A DNA stretch of 64,000 bases from Crocinitomicaceae bacterium (GTDB lineage Bacteria > Bacteroidota > Bacteroidia > Flavobacteriales_D > Crocinitomicaceae), in contig JBIKNN010000001.1 of the NCBI GenBank assembly GCA_044358575.1, positions 312,461 through 376,460 of the forward strand. Reading direction: 5' to 3'. Position 1 is the first letter of the stretch, and every line of letters begins with the position of its first letter. Both the position numbers and the translations under genes were made by a program. The notes under the pieces are model-generated. The model ran no database searches. It was given only the letters and a program-made list of their open reading frames with translations, and was not told the origin of the DNA. This document shows positions 1 to 9,367 of the stretch, in pieces.

Positions 1-952
1 AGGTGCAGTAATGAAATTGGGTGATTCTCCCGTTGAAAAAGTAGAGGTAATCCCAACCGGATCTATAACATTAGATCTAGCATTAGGAATTAATGGCTAT
101 CCAAAAGGAAGAGTAGTTGAAATATACGGTCCCGAATCATCAGGAAAAACAACGCTCGCAATTCATGCTATTGCTGAAGTTCAAAAGCAAGGAGGAATTG
201 CAGCTTTTATAGATGCAGAGCATGCATTTGACCAGTTTTACGCTAAAAAATTAGGTGTTGATATCGCAAATTTATTAATTTCTCAGCCGGACAACGGAGA
301 ACAAGCATTAGAAATTGCAGACAACCTTATTAGGTCTGGAGCAGTAGATTTAGTTGTTATTGATTCAGTTGCAGCATTAACTCCAAAAGCAGAAATTGAA
401 GGTGAAATGGGAGATTCTCAAATGGGACTTCAGGCACGATTAATGTCAAAAGCATTAAGAAAATTAACAGGTTCTATTAGTAAAGCAGGATGCTGTTGTA
501 TCTTCATCAATCAACTTAGAGAAAAAATTGGTGTTATGTTCGGTAATCCAGAAACAACAACTGGAGGAAATGCTCTTAAGTTTTATTCTTCAGTAAGACT
601 TGACATTAGAAGATCAACTCAATTGAAAGATGGTGAAGAAGTAATTGGTAATCGAGTGAAAGTAAAGGTTGTTAAAAATAAAGTTGCCCCTCCGTTCAGA
701 AAAGCAGAATTTGATATTATGTATGGTGAAGGAATTTCCAAAGTTGGAGAAATAATTGATCTAGGAGTTGAACTTAACATCCTTAAGAAAAGTGGTTCAT
801 GGTTTTCTTATGGAGAAACAAGATTAGGACAAGGTAGAGATTCTATAAAGACCTTATTACTTGATAATCTAGAATTAGCGGATGAACTAGAAGCTAAAAT
901 CAAAGAAGCAATAGTAAGCCCAAATTTAAAATTAGAAGTTCTACAAGATTGA
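1..952 (+). CDS. recA: Recombinase RecA (5' partial, enters from upstream of window)
   Basis: The translation has the Walker A motif GPESSGKTT and [12 protein letters not shown], and is RecA-like throughout. The frame is open back to base 2 (GAV precedes the listed Met). About 25-35 N-terminal residues typical of RecA are missing. Confidence 0.97.
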   Translation, partial: GAVMKLGDSPVEKVEVIPTGSITLDLALGINGYPKGRVVEIYGPESSGKTTLAIHAIAEVQKQGGIAAFIDAEHAFDQFYAKKLGVDIANLLISQPDNGEQALEIADNLIRSGAVDLVVIDSVAALTPKAEIEGEMGDSQMGLQARLMSKALRKLTGSISKAGCCCIFINQLREKIGVMFGNPETTTGGNALKFYSSVRLDIRRSTQLKDGEEVIGNRVKVKVVKNKVAPPFRKAEFDIMYGEGISKVGEIIDLGVELNILKKSGSWFSYGETRLGQGRDSIKTLLLDNLELADELEAKIKEAIVSPNLKLEVLQD

Positions 953-975
953 ATTAATAGTAGATTGGTTAAAAT

Positions 976-1002
976 TGAGGGGGAAACTCCTCTTTTTTTT
1001 TG
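976..1002 (+). terminator. Possible rho-independent terminator after recA
   Basis: Short stem GAGG(G)/(T)CCTC at 977-992, followed by a T9 run at 993-1001. It lies 25 nt after the recA stop. The stem is weak. Confidence 0.4.
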
Positions 1003-1153
1003 AAGTATAATTAACAAAATCTGTACTTCATAGTACTTTAATTATTTTTCTATTCATGCAAAACTATTGTATTTAAATAATTTAACTTCATTGGATTTTT
1101 AGTGTAACTCTTTTTTTTATTGTTCGTATTCAAACAGATTGGCTTAAAAACAC

Positions 1154-1161
1154 TATTTTTG
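1154..1161 (+). promoter_or_regulatory. Candidate Bacteroidota -7 promoter element (TAnnTTTG) for hppA
   Basis: TATTTTTG matches the TAnnTTTG -7 consensus used by Bacteroidota sigma-A. It lies 33 nt upstream of the hppA ATG. I found no convincing -33 TTTG at the canonical spacing. Confidence 0.3.
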
Positions 1162-1193
1162 CCCTCGATTAATTAAAATTTAAATAGAAAAAT

Positions 1194-3641
1194 ATGAATG
1201 CAATTATGATTTATGTTCCTATAGCTATGGCTATAATTGGCCTAATTTTTATGGCTATTAAACGATCTTGGGTGTTAAAGCAAGATGCCGGCGACGGTAA
1301 AATGAAGGAGATTTCTGATTACATCTATGAAGGTGCATTGGCTTTCTTAAAAGCTGAATATAGATTGTTGGCGATATTCGTAGTTATTGCGAGTGTTGTT
1401 TTAGCAGCTATTTCTCAAATTGTTGAGACCTCTTCTATATTAATAGTAGTAGCATTTATTTTCGGAGCCTTCTTTTCAGCATTAGCTGGAAACATGGGAA
1501 TGAAAATCGCTACTAAGACAAATGTTCGCACAACTCAAGCAGCTCGTACCAGTTTACCACAAGCATTGAAAGTAGCTTTTGGTGGAGGAACTGTTATGGG
1601 ATTAGGCGTTGCTGGATTAGCTGTTTTAGGACTAACAGCATTCTTTATTATTTTCTTTCAGGTTTTTATGGATGGAGTTTGGGGTGCTGATGGAACCGAT
1701 AAAATGACAATCGTTTTGGAAACATTAGCAGGTTTCTCTCTTGGAGCTGAATCAATTGCATTATTTGCGCGGGTTGGTGGTGGTATTTATACCAAAGCGG
1801 CTGATGTTGGAGCAGATTTAGTGGGTAAAGTAGAAGCTGGAATTCCAGAAGATGATCCTCGTAATCCTGCAACAATCGCAGATAACGTAGGTGATAATGT
1901 TGGAGACGTTGCTGGAATGGGGGCCGATTTATTTGGTTCGTACGTTGCCACCGTATTAGCGGCAATGGTTCTTGGCAACTATGTCATCAAAGATATGGGT
2001 GGCGATATTATTAAAGAGGGATTTGGTGGAATAGGTCCAATTTTATTACCTATGTCCATTGCGGGCTTTGGTATTCTGTTTTCAATTATTGGAACTATGC
2101 TAGTTAAGATTACTAGTAATGATGCAAAAGAAGCTCAAGTTCAAAAAGCACTAAACATTGGTAACTGGGTTTCGATTGTATTAACGGCGGTTGCTTGTTA
2201 TTTTTTAGTTACGTGGATGTTGCCTACTACAATGAAAATGAGCTTTTTCGGTGAAGGAATTAAAGAAATTTCATCATTAAGAGTGTTTTATGCAACTTTA
2301 GTTGGTTTAGTAGTTGGTGGTGCAATTTCATCTGTAACTGAATATTACACAGGACTAGGTACGAAACCGGTAATGAAAATTGTTCAAAAATCTTCTACCG
2401 GTGCAGGAACTAACGTAATTGCAGGACTTGCAACAGGTATGATTTCTACCTTTCCAACGGTTCTTTTATTTGCATTTGCAATATGGGGATCTTATGCTCT
2501 AGCAGGTTTTTATGGTGTTGCTTTAGCAGCTTCAGCAATGATGGCAACAACTGCTATGCAATTGGCGATTGATGCTTTCGGACCTATTTCTGACAATGCT
2601 GGTGGAATTGCTGAAATGAGTGAATTACCGAAAGAAGTTCGTCAGCGAACAGATATTTTAGATTCTGTAGGTAACACAACTGCCGCAACAGGAAAAGGCT
2701 TTGCTATCGCTTCGGCTGCATTGACATCACTGGCTCTATTTGCTGCCTATGTTACCTTCACTGGTATTGATGGAATAAATATCTTTAAAGCACCTGTGTT
2801 AGCGATGTTGTTTATTGGTGGTATGATTCCTGTAGTTTTCTCTGCATTAGCAATGAATTCAGTTGGTAAAGCTGCAATGGATATGGTATATGAAGTTCGA
2901 CGTCAATTCAAAGAAATTCCGGGGATAATGGAAGGAACTGGTAAACCAGAATATGGAAAGTGTGTTGAAATCTCAACTAAAGCAGCTCTTAGAGAAATGA
3001 TGTTGCCAGGAATTTTAACAATCGGTTTTCCTATTGCGATTGTACTTTTAGGAAAATTAGTATATGGTGATAACAATCAATTAATCGCTGAGATGCTTGG
3101 TGGATATATGGCAGGAGTAACCGTTTCTGGTGTTCTTTGGGCAGTTTTCCAAAATAACGCAGGTGGAGCATGGGATAATGCAAAAAAATCCTTTGAAGCA
3201 GGTGTTGAAATAAATGGTGAAATGACTTACAAAGGTTCTGATGCACACAAGGCTGCAGTTACCGGAGATACGGTTGGTGACCCATTTAAAGACACTTCTG
3301 GACCATCAATGAACATCTTAATCAAATTAACGTGTTTAATTGGTTTGGTAATAGCTCCAATTTTAGGAAGCGGGCATCATGATGCAAAAAAAGCGATTGA
3401 CTCCGAAACCAAATGTGAAATGGTAGACGGGAAATGTGTTACCAGCACTACAGGAAAATGCGATATGAGCCAATGTGCTTCAATGACCAAAGAAGAGTGC
3501 TCAAAAATGTGCGATTCTAAAGGTTGTTCTCCCGAGGAAAAGGCTAAGTGCTTATCAAATTATGGTGAAGATGGAAAATGGATTGGAAATCAAACAGGGA
3601 AATGTGAGAGTAGTAATAAAGATTGCTGCAAAAAAAAGTAA
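1194..3641 (+). CDS. hppA: Membrane-bound K+-dependent-type pyrophosphate-energised cation pump (H+ or Na+ PPase) with a Cys-rich C-terminal extension
   Basis: Signature motifs are present: GGGIYTKAADVGADLVGKVE, DNVGDNVGDVAGMGADLF and DTVGDPFKDTSGPS. Many TM helices are visible. GNTTAATGKG has Ala rather than Lys, which is the K+-dependent subfamily signature. The last 91 aa are non-canonical. Confidence 0.95.
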   Translation: MNAIMIYVPIAMAIIGLIFMAIKRSWVLKQDAGDGKMKEISDYIYEGALAFLKAEYRLLAIFVVIASVVLAAISQIVETSSILIVVAFIFGAFFSALAGNMGMKIATKTNVRTTQAARTSLPQALKVAFGGGTVMGLGVAGLAVLGLTAFFIIFFQVFMDGVWGADGTDKMTIVLETLAGFSLGAESIALFARVGGGIYTKAADVGADLVGKVEAGIPEDDPRNPATIADNVGDNVGDVAGMGADLFGSYVATVLAAMVLGNYVIKDMGGDIIKEGFGGIGPILLPMSIAGFGILFSIIGTMLVKITSNDAKEAQVQKALNIGNWVSIVLTAVACYFLVTWMLPTTMKMSFFGEGIKEISSLRVFYATLVGLVVGGAISSVTEYYTGLGTKPVMKIVQKSSTGAGTNVIAGLATGMISTFPTVLLFAFAIWGSYALAGFYGVALAASAMMATTAMQLAIDAFGPISDNAGGIAEMSELPKEVRQRTDILDSVGNTTAATGKGFAIASAALTSLALFAAYVTFTGIDGINIFKAPVLAMLFIGGMIPVVFSALAMNSVGKAAMDMVYEVRRQFKEIPGIMEGTGKPEYGKCVEISTKAALREMMLPGILTIGFPIAIVLLGKLVYGDNNQLIAEMLGGYMAGVTVSGVLWAVFQNNAGGAWDNAKKSFEAGVEINGEMTYKGSDAHKAAVTGDTVGDPFKDTSGPSMNILIKLTCLIGLVIAPILGSGHHDAKKAIDSETKCEMVDGKCVTSTTGKCDMSQCASMTKEECSKMCDSKGCSPEEKAKCLSNYGEDGKWIGNQTGKCESSNKDCCKKK

Positions 3642-3660
3642 TATAAATTATTGATATTTT

Positions 3661-3688
3661 AAAGCCAGGTTATCCTGGCTTTTTTTTA
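3661..3688 (+). terminator. Rho-independent terminator of hppA
   Basis: Perfect 7-bp stem AGCCAGG/CCTGGCT (3663-3669 and 3674-3680) with loop TTAT, followed by a run of T ending at 3687. Confidence 0.8.
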
Positions 3689-3723
3689 TACTGTTTTTTA
3701 TATCCACAAGTAAGAACAACCAT

Positions 3724-4068
3724 ATGAATACTTCACTAAGCACTAAAGATTTCTTTGAACAAGTGTATCAAGTGGTAAAACTGATTCCGAATGGGCGAGT
3801 TACATCCTATGGTGCTATTGGAAACTATTTAGGAGCTAGAAAATCGGCGAGAATGGTTGGCTGGGCAATGAATGCTTCACATGCACATTTGGATATTCCT
3901 GCTCATCGTGTAGTAAATAGAAATGGGATATTAAGCGGAAAATTTCATTTTGAAAAAGAAAGTACTATGCAAGAACGACTAGAATCAGAAGGAATAACTG
4001 TTGAAAAAGATCAAATTCAAAATTTTAAAATTATTTTCTGGGATCCCAACAAAGAATTAGCAATATAA
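3724..4068 (+). CDS. Alkyltransferase-like (ATL) protein: MGMT DNA-binding domain with the active-site Cys replaced by Ala
   Basis: The 114-aa protein consists only of the MGMT C-terminal fold (VPNGRVTSYGAIG...). The motif is IPAHRVVNRNG instead of PCHRV. Confidence 0.8.
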   Translation: MNTSLSTKDFFEQVYQVVKLIPNGRVTSYGAIGNYLGARKSARMVGWAMNASHAHLDIPAHRVVNRNGILSGKFHFEKESTMQERLESEGITVEKDQIQNFKIIFWDPNKELAI

Positions 4069-4130
4069 ATTCTATCCTTGCTTAGCAAAGAAAATTAAAG
4101 AATTCTATTAATTTTGCAGAAAAACTAAGC

Positions 4131-5270
4131 ATGAAATTCGGTACAAAAGCTATACACGCTGGTGTTCATCCTGATCCGGCAACAGGAGCTATTATGACAC
4201 CAATTTATCAAACTTCAACGTATGTTCAAGATGGTGTCGGAAATCATAAAGGATATGAATATTCGCGTACTCAAAATCCTACGCGTCATGCACTAGAAAA
4301 AAATATTGCAGCCATTGAAAATGGTAAATTCGGCGCATGTTTCGGTTCAGGTTTAGCAGCAATAGACTGTGTAATTAAAATGCTTAATCCAGGTGATGAA
4401 GTGATTTCTACTAATGACTTATACGGCGGTTCATATCGTATTTTTAAAACTATTTTTGAAAAATATGGCATCGTTTTTCATTTTGTGGACATGCAAAATA
4501 TATCAGAGGTAGAACGAGTGTTAAATAAAAACACCAAAGTCATATGGGTTGAGACGCCCACAAACCCAATGATGAATATTATTGATATTTCTGCGATGGC
4601 AAAGATTGCTAAAAAATCAGGCGCACTTTTATGCGTGGACAATACTTTTGCAACTCCTTACTTACAAACTCCATTAGATTTAGGAGCAGATATTGTAATG
4701 CATTCAGTTACGAAATACTTAGGTGGGCATTCAGATGTTATTATGGGCGCATTGGTTACTTCAAATGATAAGATAGCAGATGAAATGTATCGAATACAAA
4801 ATTCCTCAGGTGCTGTAACTGGACCAATGGATTCATTTCTTGTCTTACGAGGAATAAAAACACTGCATCTTCGTATGCAAAGACACTGTGAAAATGGAGA
4901 GAAAATAGCACATTACTTAAAAACCAATTCAAAAATTGAGAAAGTTTATTGGCCAGGTTTTGAAGATCATCCTAACCATACAATTGCAAAACAACAAATG
5001 CGTGGGTTTGGTGGAATGATTTCTTTTACATTAAAGGGAAATAATCTGGAAGATGCACTTGCAATTGTAAAAAAGGTAAAGCTATTTGCACTTGCTGAAT
5101 CCTTAGGAGGTGTAGAATCTTTGATTGGACATCCTGCAACAATGACGCATGCATCAATCCCAAAAGAAGTGAGAGAAAAAAGTGGTGTCGTTGATTCACT
5201 TATTCGCTTAAGCGTGGGTGTTGAAGATGTGGATGATTTAATAGACGATTTAAAACAGGCACTTATATAA
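4131..5270 (+). CDS. Cys/Met-metabolism PLP-dependent enzyme (cystathionine gamma-synthase / beta-lyase / gamma-lyase family)
   Basis: PLP-lysine motif SVTKYLGGHSD is present. N-terminal TKAIHAG, YSRTQNPT and C-terminal IRLSVGVED are family hallmarks. The exact subfamily cannot be decided by eye. Confidence 0.85.
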   Translation: MKFGTKAIHAGVHPDPATGAIMTPIYQTSTYVQDGVGNHKGYEYSRTQNPTRHALEKNIAAIENGKFGACFGSGLAAIDCVIKMLNPGDEVISTNDLYGGSYRIFKTIFEKYGIVFHFVDMQNISEVERVLNKNTKVIWVETPTNPMMNIIDISAMAKIAKKSGALLCVDNTFATPYLQTPLDLGADIVMHSVTKYLGGHSDVIMGALVTSNDKIADEMYRIQNSSGAVTGPMDSFLVLRGIKTLHLRMQRHCENGEKIAHYLKTNSKIEKVYWPGFEDHPNHTIAKQQMRGFGGMISFTLKGNNLEDALAIVKKVKLFALAESLGGVESLIGHPATMTHASIPKEVREKSGVVDSLIRLSVGVEDVDDLIDDLKQALI

Positions 5271-6047
5271 TTAGAGCGTCTCCAACATTTTAAAAAATTG
5301 CTCCTTTTTCGCCTGAGAAAGAGGGATTTCAGTGCCATCTTTCATAATAACACATCCTCCTTCATGTTTGTCGTAACGGTCAACATAATTCATGTTAATC
5401 AAATGAGATTGTTGCACACGAAAAAAAGAAAGATCAGATAACAACATATCATATTCTTTTAGTGTCTTAGAAACCAAGATTTTTTTTCCTTCAGCAAAAA
5501 AGAAAAAGGTATAATTTTTATCAGATTCACATCTAACAATATTGTCAATATCAACAATAAACATGCTCTCAAGTGTTTTTAAAATTAATTTCTTTTTTTT
5601 GTGAGCTTGTATGTTATTATCTAAAGCAACAAAAGGGTAATTGCTTTTCTTTTGGTCAAGTGATTTTATTGCTATTAACAATGCAGTCTTAAGTTCATCA
5701 CTCGCTAAAGGCTTTAAGATATAATCTAAAGCACTGAATTTAATAGCTTGAATTGCATATTCCTGATATGCTGTTATAAATATCACCTCAAATTTTTTGT
5801 CAGGAATAGCCTTTAAGACATCAAAACCGTTTCCGTCAGGCATTTGAATATCTAAAATAACTAAATCAGGTTGAATTCGTTCGATTGCAGAAATTGCTGT
5901 CTTAACATTTTCACCGTCAGTGTAAACATCTAAATTTAAACCAAAAGAATTAATCATTTTCTTGATTAATTGTCGCGTTGGATTTTCATCATCAACAATA
6001 AGAATTTTTTTATTCATCTTTTTTAAATTTAAATCAATTATTTTCAA
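5271..6047 (-). CDS. LytR/AlgR-family response regulator (receiver + LytTR DNA-binding domain)
   Basis: The N-terminal receiver has ILIVDDE and DLVILDIQMPDGNG. The C-terminal half resembles LytTR. The gene overlaps the upstream kinase gene by 14 nt. Confidence 0.9.
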   Translation of the reverse strand: MKIIDLNLKKMNKKILIVDDENPTRQLIKKMINSFGLNLDVYTDGENVKTAISAIERIQPDLVILDIQMPDGNGFDVLKAIPDKKFEVIFITAYQEYAIQAIKFSALDYILKPLASDELKTALLIAIKSLDQKKSNYPFVALDNNIQAHKKKKLILKTLESMFIVDIDNIVRCESDKNYTFFFFAEGKKILVSKTLKEYDMLLSDLSFFRVQQSHLINMNYVDRYDKHEGGCVIMKDGTEIPLSQAKKEQFFKMLETL

Positions 6048-8196
6048 ACTTAAGAGGAATTTTTATAATAACCTCTGTTCCAATTTCATTTAATTCATCA
6101 TAATCACGAATTTTTAAACTTCCTTTCGTCTTATATTTCTGGTTAATAATTTGAATTCTTTCGCGTGTAATATCAATAGCCATTGAATTATGACTCTTTA
6201 TTTTTTGGGTATTTTTTGAGCCCTTTCGTCCTACTCCATTATCAGAAATAATTATCTGAAGCATTTTATTCTCCTCTGTAATTGAAATATTTATACAGCC
6301 ATCAATAAGCGTGTGTAATTGTCCGTGTTCAATTGCATTTTCAATAAAAGGTTGAGTAATCATTGGGGGAATTAACGCTTGTTTATCAACTAAGAGCTCG
6401 TCAATATTTAACTTAAAATCAAATCTATCTTCAAAACGCATTTTTTGTGTTGTTAAATATTTTTCGATTATTTCTAACTCTAATTCAAGTGGTATAAACT
6501 CTTTCGATGAATTTTCCAATATAAGGCGAATCAATCTGGAAAAATTAACTAGAAATTGAGAGGACTTTTCTGGTTCGTGGCTATAAATATAACTTTGAAT
6601 TCCTGACATTGCATTAAAAATAAAATGTGGATTCATTTGAGAACGCAACAAAGACTGTGATAATTCAGCTTCTTTTTGACTTTGTTTTAATTTATTTTGA
6701 CGGCTCCTGAAAATCAGAAAAAACAATAGAAATAATAGTAATAAAGCAAAAATAACGATAATAAAAATCTGTCTGGTAAGCTGTATTGTTATCATTTCCT
6801 TCGCTTGAATTGATTCTTTTTGATAGGAAATCAACCTCTCTCGTTCTTCTCTTAAATTTGATTCTGTTAGTTGTAAAACTTTACTTCCCACTGTTGAAAA
6901 AGCATTGTCTTCCAAAATACTTAGGTATAAATTCTGATAATTGTAAGCTAATTGTAACTGATTCTTTTTAAAATATAATTCTGATAACAACTTATAATTT
7001 TGAGATGGCTCGCCTGATTTGCTTCCTTGGCTTAATACTTTTAACAAGTATAATTCTGCTTGTATTAAATCTCCCTTTTGTAAATAAAGTTTCCCAAGAT
7101 TATTGAAAACTAATTCTAACTCCTGCTTCTCACCCGAAATTCCTAAATAATTTATAGCTGAATTAAAATAATTTATAGCTGTTTCATAATCTGATTTTTG
7201 AGTAGCTATTTGACCTAAAACATTAGTGCATGTGCTAAGATTTCTATAATCATTAAAAGTTTTAAATGTAGCTAATGCCTCGCTTATAGTGTTGTTTGCT
7301 TTAGTAAGATTTTCACGAGCAAGAAACAATTTAGCAAAATAAATCTTCATTTTTGCCTCCTCATAAAAATCCGATAAACGAGTTGAAAAAGTAGTTGCTT
7401 TCTTTAAATATACAGTGGATTCGTCAAAATTACCTACTTCAAAAGAAATTTCGGCAATAGACCTGTAGGATAAAGACTTAAAATAAGTGTGATCTAATTC
7501 TTCAGCAAGATAGAGGAATTTAAATTCTTCGTTTATTGCTTCAAGATGATTTCTAAAAAAAAATTGAACCTTTGCTTGGTGATGCAAAGAAAGTGCTAAA
7601 CATATCTTTGTGTCTGAGCGTTTCGCGAAATCTGTTGCTAAATTGGCATAATAAATAGCTGAATCTTTTAACTGAGATTGCATGAAAAATAAAGAGCGAG
7701 AAATATAAGCTTCTGAAATGAACCTATTCTGCTTATTTTTTTTAGCAATTGCAATATGTTTCAATGATAAACTTGAAGCTAAAGCATCTTTTTTTGTAAC
7801 TAGATATTCTATTGCTAATTGTCTTTGAATATGATTCTCTTCAAACCTCAAAAACTTTTTATTAGCAATGTTTAATTCATAACACTTTTTGAAATCTAGA
7901 ATATTACCGAGCTCCAAATAGGCAGATCCCACAGATAGAAATAATCTTCCTTTTAATTCTTCTGATTCAATTTTTAGCGCCTCCTTGTTCAAAAGATCTA
8001 TTGATTCAAACCATTTTTGTCGATTAGTAGTTGAGTAATAATTATGAAGTTCTATTAATTTGTCAATTTTTGAGTTTTGAGTTTTTGAAGAACTAATTTC
8101 TCGAAGAAGAATTTCTTCCTTGTTTTGAGCAAAGTTGCAGACTGGAACATGCAGGGCAAGAAATAAAAAAACTAAAATCTGCAATCCTTTATACAT
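6034..8196 (-). CDS. Sensor histidine kinase (LytS/YehU type) with a large extracytoplasmic TPR-like domain
   Basis: It has a signal peptide, about 470 aa of TPR-like repeats and a single TM helix (IFIIVIFALLLLFLLFFLIF). These are followed by the His_kinase motif NPHFIFNAMSGIQ and the ATPase motif ISDNGVG. Confidence 0.85.
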   Translation of the reverse strand: MYKGLQILVFLFLALHVPVCNFAQNKEEILLREISSSKTQNSKIDKLIELHNYYSTTNRQKWFESIDLLNKEALKIESEELKGRLFLSVGSAYLELGNILDFKKCYELNIANKKFLRFEENHIQRQLAIEYLVTKKDALASSLSLKHIAIAKKNKQNRFISEAYISRSLFFMQSQLKDSAIYYANLATDFAKRSDTKICLALSLHHQAKVQFFFRNHLEAINEEFKFLYLAEELDHTYFKSLSYRSIAEISFEVGNFDESTVYLKKATTFSTRLSDFYEEAKMKIYFAKLFLARENLTKANNTISEALATFKTFNDYRNLSTCTNVLGQIATQKSDYETAINYFNSAINYLGISGEKQELELVFNNLGKLYLQKGDLIQAELYLLKVLSQGSKSGEPSQNYKLLSELYFKKNQLQLAYNYQNLYLSILEDNAFSTVGSKVLQLTESNLREERERLISYQKESIQAKEMITIQLTRQIFIIVIFALLLLFLLFFLIFRSRQNKLKQSQKEAELSQSLLRSQMNPHFIFNAMSGIQSYIYSHEPEKSSQFLVNFSRLIRLILENSSKEFIPLELELEIIEKYLTTQKMRFEDRFDFKLNIDELLVDKQALIPPMITQPFIENAIEHGQLHTLIDGCINISITEENKMLQIIISDNGVGRKGSKNTQKIKSHNSMAIDITRERIQIINQKYKTKGSLKIRDYDELNEIGTEVIIKIPLKFENN

Positions 8197-8347
8197 GAAA
8201 CTAAGTTAAGAAAATACTTGAGTATAAGAAAGGTTGAATAAAACAAAAATTAAAGCTGTATGTAAAACCTACTTATTTTTAGGAATTAAAGTCAAAAAAT
8301 ACAAATATCCCTGAATTATATTTAGTTTTATTTCTGAAAAAGAAATA

Positions 8348-8905
8348 ATGATTGAAGACCGCATAATTCTTGGAATTGACCCTGGAACAACCGTCATGGG
8401 TTATGGCTTAATTGAAGTGAAAAACGGAAAATTAACAATGCTTAATTTCGGAATTATTCAGTTAAATAAACTTGCTAATCATCCTGAAAAATTAAAACGG
8501 ATTTTGGATCGCTTAAATGGCTTAATTGAGGAATTTCATCCGGATGAAATGGCAATAGAAGCTCCTTTTTTTGGTAAAAATGTGCAGTCGATGCTAAAAT
8601 TAGGAAGAGCTCAAGGGGTAGCAATTGCTTCCTGTTTAAATCACAATATTCCTTTTGAAGAATATGCACCAAGAAGAATAAAACAAGCAATTACAGGGAA
8701 TGGAAATGCTTCAAAAGAACAAGTTGCTGCTATGCTTCAAAAATTATTATCATTTGATGATATTCCAAAATATCTAGATGCTACTGATGGATTAGCCGTT
8801 GCTGTTTGTCATTATTTCTCAAAAGGAATTGGAGAACACAATAAAGGAAATGGAGGGTCCTGGAAAGGATTTTTATCTCAAAATCCTAAGCGAGAAAAGA
8901 AATGA
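8348..8905 (+). CDS. ruvC: Crossover junction endodeoxyribonuclease RuvC
   Basis: [17 protein letters not shown] and [13 protein letters not shown] are present, and the length is typical. Confidence 0.93.
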   Translation: MIEDRIILGIDPGTTVMGYGLIEVKNGKLTMLNFGIIQLNKLANHPEKLKRILDRLNGLIEEFHPDEMAIEAPFFGKNVQSMLKLGRAQGVAIASCLNHNIPFEEYAPRRIKQAITGNGNASKEQVAAMLQKLLSFDDIPKYLDATDGLAVAVCHYFSKGIGEHNKGNGGSWKGFLSQNPKREKK

Positions 8906-9363
8906 AAATCATAAATATTTATACTGATGGGTCATCAAGAGGAAATCCTGGACCCGGTGGATTTGGAGTTATTTTACAATTTGGTGCTCAAGTGAAAGAG
9001 CTTTCTCAGGGTTTTCGTAGAACAACAAACAACAGGATGGAACTATTAGCAGTAATTTACGCCCTTGAAAATTTAAAAACAAACAAATACCCTGTTCATA
9101 TTTATTCTGATTCCAAATATGTAATTGACGCCATTTCTAAAAAATGGGTTTTTGGCTGGGAAAAGAAAAACTTTAAAGGAAAAAAAAATCCCGATTTATG
9201 GCTGCGTTATTTAGAGCTTCATCCTAAATTCGAGCTAAGTTTTATTTGGGTAAAAGGACACGATGGTCATCCAGAAAATGAAAAATGTGATGTTCTAGCT
9301 TATAATGCTGCATCAAATAACCCGCAAAACATAGATTTCTTTTTTGAAGAGGAAGAAAAATAA
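8902..9363 (+). CDS. rnhA: Ribonuclease HI
   Basis: [28 protein letters not shown] and [10 protein letters not shown] are present. The start overlaps the ruvC stop in an ATGA arrangement. Confidence 0.93.
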   Translation: MKIINIYTDGSSRGNPGPGGFGVILQFGAQVKELSQGFRRTTNNRMELLAVIYALENLKTNKYPVHIYSDSKYVIDAISKKWVFGWEKKNFKGKKNPDLWLRYLELHPKFELSFIWVKGHDGHPENEKCDVLAYNAASNNPQNIDFFFEEEEK

Positions 9364-9367
9364 TTCC

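Noticed and set aside
5268-5273. Convergent genes with zero, one or negative spacing (5270/5271, 34370/34372, 55429..55432)
   Set aside because: This leaves no room for terminators and could cause transcriptional interference. However, such tight convergent packing is common in compact bacteroidete genomes, and I see nothing further to test from the sequence alone.
808-5338. Antisense or nested ORFs from the track inside recA, hppA and the PLP enzyme (808..1017, 1666..1965, 1787..1978, 3031..3246, 4286..4471, 4967..5338)
   Set aside because: Each lies opposite a long ORF with unmistakable family motifs. Their translations are low-complexity or compositionally odd (rich in Leu, Gln, His, Pro or Ser). 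Long open antisense frames are expected in AT-rich genes.
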